Of a DNA stretch of 64,000 nt, positions 54,605-64,000 are shown in pieces. The stretch's first letter is position 1. The number at the start of each line of letters is the position of its first letter. The DNA lies in NCBI GenBank assembly GCA_001179505.1, contig CDMY01000265.1:1-64000 (forward strand). Direction: 5' to 3'. The position numbers were made by a program, and so were the translations under genes. The DNA comes from Vitrella brassicaformis CCMP3155. Its lineage: Eukaryota; Protista; Chromerida. The notes below the pieces were generated by a model. That model was not told the origin of the DNA, searched no databases, and saw only the letters and a list, made by a program, of their open reading frames with translations.

Positions 54605-56342
54605 CCGAGCAACTGACGTGCTCATTTGCTGCCGCAGCAGACACAACGTGAGTACCCCTGGGTGACTGCACTTTGCATACGTACGCAAAATGGATACATG
54701 GTTGGATGACATTGGGGTGTACATGTGTGTGGGAACGGGGCACCAGCCCACTGTAGTGAGTGAGGTAGCAGTCTACAGGAGTAGCTATAGAGGGAGGGGG
54801 CTCTGACAATGAAAGACGACTGCACTGCATGCTTCAATGGATGTGTGGTCCGCTCACAAATAGAGCTCATGCAGGCAGGCAGACACACACAGAGTCAAAA
54901 CTGTCCGGTGTCAGTAATCGTTCGTTGGGAAGGAAACTCATCATCATGTCGGTCGGCACTCTCGCACACACCGAGTAGTCAATCCATGCATTGGGTCGGT
55001 AGGGTGGTGACCGCTGGCTGCACGTATGGAGGATGCCGGGCTCGACACGAAAACACCCCTGGGTAGTAGCTGGCTACCAGTAGACCACCAACCCTTCTCC
55101 CTCTGTCCCTAGCCATCCATCCATCCACACACACACACCCATCCATCCATCCAGGCAGGCAGGCAGGCAGGCAGCACTCTCTCACTGTCAAACATTCACA
55201 CACAGGTGGCACAAACATTCAAGTCAGTCAGTCGGGTCAATCGAATCGTGCATGTCGGTCTGTTTGTCTGTCGGTCTGTCTGTACACACACACACACACA
55301 CACTTTGCTTACCATTACCAGGGAGGGTCCTCCCCGCCCCTACCTACCAAACATTCATCAATCAGTCAGCCACTCCACCAAGGAACAAACAGGTTGGCTT
55401 GTGCTGTGTTGCAGTGCATGGCGTGGGGTCGGGTCGGCCATGGTGTGATGTGAGGCCATGGGAGGGCTTCACCACATCCACACGACACTCACACCATGAC
55501 CCCCCTCAGGCTGCTGTTGGAAAAGAATGCTGTGAGCAGCAGCATGTGTGTATTCATCCATGGCTCGATGCCAGTCCTGTGCGTTGGATCAGTCACCCCA
55601 CACCCCACCACACACATACCGACGGCCACACCATGGCAAGGAAAACGGTGGGTACTTGCACAGATGGACAAAAGACATACAGACATACAGACAGTTTCAT
55701 GATAGCGCTTGGCGCTTTGACATGCGAACACCACACGTACACACACACCACTTGCTTATCCATCCAGGCAGGCAGGCAGGCAGGCAGCCGAAGGGAAAAC
55801 AAACAAGCAAACAAACAACCAAACACGTGTGTGTGAATGTATGATGGGGATGTGTATACTATGCAGTGTAGGGGTGTTGTGTTGGGGGCGTGGGTGTGTG
55901 TGTATGTCTGTCTGGGCCAGCCAGCTACGGATCTCTCTACCAACCACGCCAGCCAATCTCTCCAAGTCACTCAGTCACTAGCCGTGCTGTGCCCTCTCTA
56001 CGCGACGCGCGTGCGTATGTGTGTGTGTGGGACGGCAAAAATGACCTTCCCACATCCACCCGACTCGACTCGACTCATCCGTCCGTCACCCACCCCCATC
56101 ACGCTCATCAATCCAGGCAGGCACCCACCCCACTGGAGCCATCCATTTCAAAAACCCCAAGCCAAGCCAGCATCCACTCACTCAGTCACTGCACAGACAG
56201 ACAGCAAAGGAAACCTGGGTGGGCGGCTGGCTGGACAGGTGGCAGGACAGTGAGGTGGGTGTCCTTCGTCGTGCCAGTCAGTCAGTCGTTCCTACCTACC
56301 TACCTCAGGACAACCGCATGAACGCGTATGTGTGTGTGTCAG

Positions 56343-59300
56343 TCAGTTCTTGACGGCCGAGTCCTTCTGGGCGGGCAGCCGCTTCTTGTTGTACTCCTAA
56401 ACACGCAACACGCATAGGGGCAGAAAGGCAGGCGTGAGGCCTTGTGTGCTGTCGTGTTCGTGCTGGCTGGCTGGCTGGCTGGCTGGCAAGCTTGCCTTGA
56501 GTTTCTTGACGAGTCCGTCAGCGTCGATTTTGCCGGTCTTGACCTCAGTGCCTGTGGGCATGTGGTTGAGCTTCATCAACTCGGCCGTCGCCACAGCTAT
56601 CGGGTCGCGGTTGCAAGTTGCGACGGCCTCAATCTGCACACACACACACACACACACAAACATCCACACCATATCTGCCTGTGTGGATCTGTCTGTGTGT
56701 GCAATGCATTGAGTGCATGTGGGTGGCTGGCTTACGTTGTCTCCCTTGATGTAGTAAGCGACGAACTCTCCCTTGTCGAGGTCGCCCTCCACGTGCAGCT
56801 CGTCGAAGCCGCGGCAGTGCCCGGCGTACCTCAGCGACTTGCCGAAGATCATCGTCCAGAAGAACGGAATGTTCGCAAAAGGCACGTGCTGATGAATCAC
56901 GAACATGTCACAAGGAACGAACCGATCACTCTGTGTCTGTCTGTGTGTGTGCGTGTGTGTGTGTGTGTGGGCGATTGCGTCCGTCCGTACCTTGCCACAC
57001 ATGTTCTGTGCCGCGACACGTCCCTGCTGGTATGCGACGTCCCAGTGCTCAATGCGGGTGTCGTGGCCGCTCTTGTACCTGAACAGAGAGAGAGAGGTCC
57101 CCGGCCGGCCATTTGCTGGATCTAGTCTGTGTGGTCTCGCGTGCCCCCCCGCCAGGCGACCAACGTACCATGGGAACGTGACACAGTCACCAGCAGCCCA
57201 GAAGTTGTCGGGGCCGTCACGAGCCCTGACGCAAGAGGGGTATCGGTGAGAGGGGGCGTGCTGGTCTGTTTGGTTGTTTGTTTGTTTGGTTGTGTGTTTG
57301 GTGATTTCTCACTCACTTCATGAAAGGGTCGCAGATGATGGATCCGTCTCTGCTGTGGACCTGCACACCCTCGACAAACTTGTGGCACGTCGGCGCAACA
57401 CCTGCAGGCAGGCAGACAGACAGATGCAAGCCATACCAGATAGGTAGGTGTGTAGGTGGTGGGCGTGTGACTGACCGGCTCCGAGAACAACGGCATCGCA
57501 CTCGATGTACCCCTTGCCGTCCTTCAGCTCAACACCCTTCACCATGCCATTCTCATCCAAACTGATAATAGCGACACACACAGGGGACAACGGACGGACG
57601 AGTGTCTCGGTGCGTGTGTGTGTATGTGTGTGGTGCTTTCTGTCTGTCTGTGTGTCTGTGTGTGTCCCCACTCGTATTTGTTGACGATGGCCGGTCCGTA
57701 GAAGTCGAGTTTGTTCTTGTCGAGGACGTTCTTGAAGACCTGACCCACCTGCTTGCCCAACACACGCTCAAACGGCACGTACTCCTGGTGAGGTGAAGGA
57801 TGGATGACAGTGAGGGGCAGAACAGACAAAGAAACAAACGGAGTGAGTGAGCTGACAGCTGTCATGTCATGGACGCCATATATCTTGGTTCTCTCTGGCT
57901 GGCTGACCATTCCGACAAGGGCGACCTTGGCCCCCTTCTTGGCGAGGGTGCACGCCACCTCCATCCCGATAAACGATGTGCCAACCACACACTGCACACA
58001 ACCAGTGGTCACCAGACACACAGACACACAGAAGCGACGCGTGGACGAACGGATCATCTCAGCTGTGTTGTGTTGTGTGTCAGCCAGGTCGTGTCGTGTC
58101 GTCAGTGTACTATACTGACCACTTTCTTTCCGGGCATGGCGTACTCCTGGATGCCGGTGGCATGGTCGGGTCGTCTGAGGATGAAGATGTTCTTGGCCTC
58201 GTGACCTGGAACCGGGATGCGACGGGGCTCAGCGCCCGCACAGCACAACATCTGCACACAGACAGACACCAGGGATTGGACTGGATGAGCAGGTAGTCTA
58301 CGTCAGTCAACCATAGCTATCATATGGGTGTGGTGTGTGTCCGTGTGTAGGTCTGTCTGCGGATCCGTGTGTGTGGGCTGGTTGGGTAGCCTTGCCTTAT
58401 CGTATTTCATGGTAGATCCGTCGTCGAAGTGGAGTGTGCTGTTCTTGGCGTCCAGCTTGGTCACCGTCGTCTTGAACTTGCTCTCGATCTCCAACTTATC
58501 TACACACACAAAGGCAGGCACCAGAAGGAAGGTTGCAAACAACGCATCGCAGCGGCCACATAACTAACGTAACGTGTGTGTCATTGTGTGTGTCATTGGG
58601 TGTGTGATTGTGTGTGCGTATCTATCTATACCGACCCATGAAGTCGGCCTTTCTGAGTTGGATGTGGTCGATGTCGGCGTAGAGGTTCTTGGACAGCACA
58701 GGGCGGTCATATGGCGGGAACTCCTCCTTGGTGATGAACACGATGCGGCCCTTTCATTCATATCACATCGATCACACATACGTACACAAGACAAGACAAG
58801 ACAACACGACACAAGACAACACACGGACGTGCAGTGCAGCCCTCGTGCTCCATTGCGTGTGGCTGTGGGTGTCATCCTCTCTCACCGTGAATCCCTCCTG
58901 CCTGAGTGTCTCCATGGCGGCCATGGATGCCGGGCCGCCGCCAATCACCGCATACACGGCCTTGTTGTTGGGGTCACGCTTCGCTACCGGCGGCTCAACC
59001 GTCTCCTGCACAACACACACACACGAATATGGTCATGTCTGTCGTGCGTCGCGTCAAAGGCGAGTTTGTCGTGTGTCTGCCCTGCACTGCACGTCTTTCG
59101 CACCCACCTTCATGTCCTTGGGGAGCGTGGCGACAACGCGGCCGTTCTTGACCTCGACGGGGTATGTGGGGATGGCCGTGAGCGAGGGGCCGTTGACACA
59201 TGCGCCCGTCTTGAGGTCAAACTCGGCATCGTGCCATGGGCATGACACGTGGTAGCTCGGACCACTGCCGTAGTGGTCGGGGGCCAACACACCTATACAC

Positions 59301-60207
59301 ACACACACACACACACACCAGCACATCACAGCACAGCACAGCACAGCCATCAACGGATGACGAGCGGTCGGTCGGTCGGTCGTGTGTGGGAGCGATTCAT
59401 GCAAGTGATGTGCCCGTGAGTGCGTGTGTAGGTACTGTACCCTTGACAAGGGGGGCGGAGTAGTGTGTGCAGGATGCCCCGGTGCAGTAGAACTGACCGC
59501 CCGCCTTGGTCACCAACACACTGCTCTTGCCTGCGCCGCACCAGACAGACAGACAATGAATCGATCGGCCCACAGATAGAAACACAGCCAGGCCACCCGA
59601 ACGTCACGTCCCTCTCTGCAAGTAGGTGTTGGTTGCGGTGTGGTCGTTGTGCGTGCGTACCTCCGAACACCTTGACATCATAGAGTTCGGCCTCGTCGAA
59701 CTCGGCTTCGCTGCCCAGGTCGACCCGCTCTACGGGGCCGGTGCCCAGAGCGATGGCCGTGATCTCCTTCGACTTGTCCGTCTCGCACACTGCCACCTGA
59801 GCCAATATTGAGTGGAGTGGATGAGCACCCACCCAGGTGGACTCATATGTTCGTTCCGTCTGTGTGTGTGTGTGCGATGCCCTTCATTACCTTCTTCCCG
59901 TTGGCGTAGTAGTAGTAGCCGAGTCCGGCAGCCGTGAAGGCAGCAGCCACACCACCCGCAGAGCCCTGCACACACAACACGACAGACAGCACAGGCACAC
60001 CACACGTCCCTCGAGAGAGAGACCCCATCGTGTGTTGGCTTGCACCCACCCCCTGTTAGTTACCCAGAGTCGGTATCTCTTGTCGTTGTCCTCTGCGAAG
60101 GCCTGTGATGAGGTCGCCACGCACCGCGCTGCCGGGAGTCGTGAGGCGGCGACAGTGCGAATGAGAGCCAGGGAGCGGCCCGTCTGCATAGCAGGCTGAC
60201 GCATCAT
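56343..60207 (-). CDS. Rieske [2Fe-2S] + FAD/NAD(P)H pyridine-nucleotide-disulfide oxidoreductase (AIF3/AIFM3-like), mitochondrial-type leader
   Basis: CTHYSAPL and CPWHDAEF (Rieske); VIGGGPA and VVGTSFIGME (dinucleotide folds); PYDRPVLSK; RIEHWDVA; IPFFWT. Arg-rich N-terminus. TGA at 56343-56345. Confidence 0.85.
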
Positions 60208-60330
60208 CGTTGAGAATGACTAAAATCGCCCTCCTTGACAGTGACTGAGGCTGGGTCCCTCAGCAACCAACCAGCTAGAAGACAGAGCAGCTCAATTAAA
60301 TAACTTCTGTTGCGATGCTTCGACGGAGGT

Positions 60331-60379
60331 CTAGGGTTTAGGGTTTGAACCCGAGCGGCGCCTTACCCTAAAACCCTAG
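60331..60379. promoter_or_regulatory. Inverted pair of plant/apicomplexan-type telomere motifs (telo-boxes) upstream of the AIF3-like gene
   Basis: CTAGGGTTTAGGGT (60331-60344), 20-nt spacer, ACCCTAAAACCCTAG (60365-60379). Confidence 0.55.
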
Positions 60380-60741
60380 GATACACAGTGCGCCGCCCTT
60401 GTTTGAAAAGCTTCATTCATTCATTCATTCCATCGTCTGTCTGCTGATGCGATCGATGCACGTCATGCATATGGACACATTCAAAACACTCTCTCTGTCT
60501 GTCTTCCCACAGCAACCGAACCACGCCAGACGACAGATCTCACACCACGCCAGACGGCAGATCTCACACGACGGACACATGGAGCATTGCAATCATTGCA
60601 ACAAAACCATGACGTCACCCCACGCAGACAGTTCCGACGAGCGGACAGACAGACAGACAGACAGACAGAGGGAAAAAGGACACACACACTGTTTCGCAGG
60701 GCCTATATCCTTGCGTCCCTGGATCCCCGACCCTTTCTCAT

Positions 60742-63557
60742 CTATCTCGCACCGGACGTCTGGAACTGGCGGTAGAGCTCTGCAAAGCTCTCGCTGCCCT
60801 GATCGAATCCATTGCTTTTCGACGGCCGGTCGTCGAATGAAGACGATGAGCCGCCAGAGTATGAGCCGCCAGAATAAGAATTCGAAGAGAACCTCCTGCC
60901 GCCGCCCCGACCGCCCTCAAACCCCCCTCCCCCCCGGCTGCGCGGTCCGCGCGAAAACGTCCTCTCTCGCCGACCGGCTCCTCCAAACTCATTATCCCGA
61001 TCGAAGCCGCCACTGCGGAACCTGCTGCCGCTGCCGCCTTGGCTGCCATAGCCGCCAGCTCGGCCCCCGCGTCGTGGTCCGAAGCGGCCCTCGCCACCTG
61101 GCCCCCCGCGCCTGTCGCCGTACCTGCTGCCGCGTGTGAAGTCATTGACGGTCTCTTCTTGCAATGGTGGCAGTGAGTGGATGGCGGCGAGAGAGAAGTC
61201 GTCGAAGATGTTGGGGTCGGTGATGTCCTCGGGGACGCCCTGCTCCTGGTACTTGGTCATCAGGCTCACCAGCATCTTGGCCGTGTCGCTGTGCACGTCA
61301 AACTGACACACAACACACGGTAAGTTCAGAGAGGCGATGAGAGAGAGGCCCTGCGCTGCCCACGAAGGTCTGGCGGTGTTTCGCTATTTACGTGTGAATG
61401 TGATGTGCCTCACTCACCACGGCGTGTTTCATGTCTTGTGAGATTCGGATCTTGCCGAGGCGGCCCAGCGTGACGCGAAGGTCCTCAGACACACGATGGA
61501 TCCAGTACAACACATCCCTGAGAAGCCAGCAACAGAACACACACACACACCACCAGCCGGTTTGACACACACACACCAACCGTCCGTCTGTCTGTGACTG
61601 ACTGACCTTGCGTCTCTCCATCCCCTCTTTTGGTTGGTGAACTGCATAGTGGTGTGGTCGGGCATGCCATTGAGCAGCGACCGCTCCACCAGCTCCTGCT
61701 TCTTGGCCATCACCGCCAGACACCGCGCAAGCAACTCCTCCTGACCCATTCCCACACCATCAGACCGCTTCAACACGTCCCGGGCCGTCTCCAGGAAGAA
61801 GGGGATCACCGGCCCCTCGACGGTGTCCAGCTGCCGGGCCACCGCGCTGGCAGACGACTCCATGACGAGCTGTGTGGAGGGTGGCGGTTTGATGTCGAAC
61901 TTGACGCCGCATGAGCTCTCGAGTTTGGAGAGCTCCCATTTCTCCCGGTCCGAGTAGAGGAGGACGCAAGTGCCCTCCCTGCCGGCGCGGCCTGTCCTGC
62001 CTGATCGGTGGACGTAGGCGTCGGGGTCCTTGGGGGGCGAACACTGCACCACCAGATCCACATTGCCCACATCGATGCCGCGGGCAGCCACGTCCGTAGC
62101 CACCAGCACCTTGAACAGACCTGAAGACAGACACATACACACACGATGTGGTGCACAGAGAGAGAGAGAGAGAGAGCGCGATCTGGTGCGGGGCTCTTCC
62201 CACAGACCTTTTCTGAATCTCTGCATGGTGTGGTCTCGTGTCTGCTGTCCGATGTCGCCGTGTAGCACAGCTGCGCTGAATGCCTTGAAGGCCCCCTCGC
62301 TGGCCAGCTCGTCGGCCTCCCTCTTGGTCTGTGTGAAGACGATCGTCTGACCGCCACGCGACTCGACAGCGACGATGTCCTCGAGCACGGCCGCCTTGTC
62401 CTCGATGCGCTCCGGCACTTGCACGGCGATGTGACGCACCGATGTGGCCGTGCGCTGGGTGGACTTGCCAACGACGTCGACATCCAGTGGATTCTTGAGG
62501 TACTGCCGACTCATGTCCTTGACCCACCTGACGATATATGCCAAACAGCACCGATGACTGACTGCATGTCATGTCTGTGTCGTCCATTAATGGTGTGCTG
62601 CCCTGCCCACCTGGGTGTGGTGGCGCTGAACATGAGCACCTGGCAGCTCCTGACGTCAAAGGAGCCGAAAATCCGCTCAATATCCTCAGCAAAGCCCATG
62701 TTGAGCATCTCGTCCGCCTCGTCCAGCACCACGTGACGCAGACTGTCGAGCCGCAAGTGGCCCGACTGTATCAGATCCAGCAGCCGACCGGGCGTCCCCA
62801 CCACAATGTCCACGCCCTTGCGCAGAGCGTTCTCCTGCGGGCCGAACGGCACCCCGCCGTGGATGCAGGTGATGCCCATCCTGTGCACGCGCGCCACGTC
62901 GCCTATCTCCACCTCCACCTGCTTGGCCAGCTCTCGCGTCGGCTCCAGAACCAGGATCTTGGGGTCTCTGTCGCGCTGCACTTCGGGGATGGATTCCTTG
63001 TCGGTTCTGAGTCTCTCGAGCAGCGGCAGGCCGAACGCGACGGTCTTGCCGGTGCCGGTGCGGGAGCGGCCGATCATGTCGCTGCCGTCGTAGATGGGCG
63101 TGAAGGTCTGCGCCTGGATAGGCGTCATGTTGACGATGTTCTTGCGTGCCAGCACGTCGGACGTCTTGCCGCTGATCTGGCTGAATGATGCGAAGGTTGG
63201 CTGGTCGCGCGTGAGTGTGGTCAGATGCTCGTCCTCGTCTTCGACGATGGCCTCCTGCACCCACACATACACATACAGCAGCATGGAGGAGATGCTTTGC
63301 TTTGCTTGTAGTGGAGATCTACATATGTTGTCTGATGCACTACTCACAGGAAAGAGCAGTCTGTTTGGGTCTTCGACAACCAGCTGCATTCGCATGCCGG
63401 ATGATGATGACCCTCTGCCGCCGCTACCCCGATTGACACGGCGCAGAAACGATGAGGCGGGAAGCAACGACGGCGAGAAACCCACCACATGAGCCGCCTC
63501 GTGCGCCAGTAGCAGAAGCACGACTGCAAGAGTGCTCAACATGGTCCTGAACTCCAT
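60742..63557 (-). CDS. Plastid-targeted DEAD-box RNA helicase with GUCT domain (RH3/DDX21-like) and RGG-rich tail
   Basis: Bipartite leader (VVLLLLAHEAAHVVG/FSPSLL). Q motif TPIQ, SRTGTGKT, PTRELA, TPGRLLD, LDEADEML, SAT, LHGDIGQ, ATDVAARGID, HRSGRTGRAG. GUCT-like ERSLLNGMPDHTTM..FDV. RGG tail; stop at 60742. Confidence 0.9.
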
Positions 63558-63691
63558 TCTTCAAGTCAAAGGGCAGGAGAGGTGGCGGTCGCTGGTCGAT
63601 CTACGAGGCTCACACTTTTGAGCGAAGCGGTGAGGCAGGATCTGTTTGGGTGTGTGACGTGGCGTGATTGGTGCCGTGAATCTGCGCAACC

Positions 63692-64000
63692 ATGGCGAAG
63701 AAGGGCAAGGGAGTCAAGATGAGCATGGTGAGCCGACAGACAGACAGGAAGAGGCGAACACACACGAGGCAGGAGGAGCGCTGGAACGAACAGAGTGATG
63801 TATGTGTGCTTGGCGTGACGCTGTTGACGTCATATTCCGTCTGTCTGCGTTTGCCTCGTGTGTGTCGCGTTGTGTTGTGTGTGTACCTGGCAGGCCGACT
63901 TGGCGCAGGAGTTCGGCGGTCCTGTTCCGGGACAGTCAAGCCTGCCCACCGAGTCCGGCAATGCGTAAGGACACACCTGCCCTGCACACACCACACACCG
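63692..64000 (+). CDS. 5' part of a gene, MAKKGKGVKMSM|ADLAQEFGGPVPGQSSLPTESGN; weakly resembles an eIF4B-type N-terminus
   Basis: ATG at 63692, donor gtgagc, acceptor ggcag, second donor gtaagg; truncated by the window end. Confidence 0.4.
   Translation, partial: MAKKGKGVKMSMVSRQTDRKRRTHTRQEERWNEQSDVCVLGVTLLTSYSVCLRLPRVCRVVLCVYLAGRLGAGVRRSCSGTVKPAHRVRQCVRTHLPCTHHTP

Noticed and set aside
54610-56340. Possible hidden gene between the orphan membrane gene and the AIF3-like gene
   Set aside because: I could not assemble a phase-consistent exon chain; it most likely comprises convergent 3' UTRs and repeat-rich spacer.
60331-60379. True chromosome end or telomere
   Set aside because: Only about two repeat units per arm, embedded between two genes.

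Overview
Eukaryotic, GC-rich nuclear DNA with many short GT-AG introns full of (CA)n, (TG)n, (GACA)n, (GA)n and (CATC)n microsatellites, plus one 300-N scaffold gap (9355-9654). Three genes carry bipartite signal + transit leaders and one encodes ferredoxin-thioredoxin reductase. This points to a photosynthetic alga with a complex plastid, most likely the chromerid alveolate Vitrella brassicaformis (inference from sequence style, no database search). Most entries in the six-frame ORF track are intron or microsatellite artefacts. Genes supported by manual splicing, left to right: a 5'-truncated duplicate of a TPM/MOLO-1-like gene (-); eIF4G (-); the intact TPM/MOLO-1-like gene (-); FTR catalytic subunit (-); plastid SerRS (+); a MYND-finger protein (-); a DIX-domain protein (+); an NELF-B/COBRA1-like protein (+); two orphan genes; two tandem atypical kinases (-); UTP20 (+); a disrupted intron-free NTPase + restriction-endonuclease-like gene (-); an orphan multi-TM gene (+); a Rieske/FAD AIF3-like oxidoreductase (-); a plastid DEAD-box/GUCT helicase (-); and the start of another gene (+). 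Best novelty candidates: (1) the eIF4G frame runs without a stop into an eIF4B-like C-terminal half, an apparent eIF4G-eIF4B fusion; (2) an NELF-B homologue in an alveolate; (3) polarised 5'-(AC)n / 3'-(TG)n introns that could self-pair; (4) a Crinkler-like NTPase-nuclease relic; (5) a telo-box inverted repeat in a promoter. Exon structures and homologies were read by eye and recalled from memory, so boundaries are approximate.
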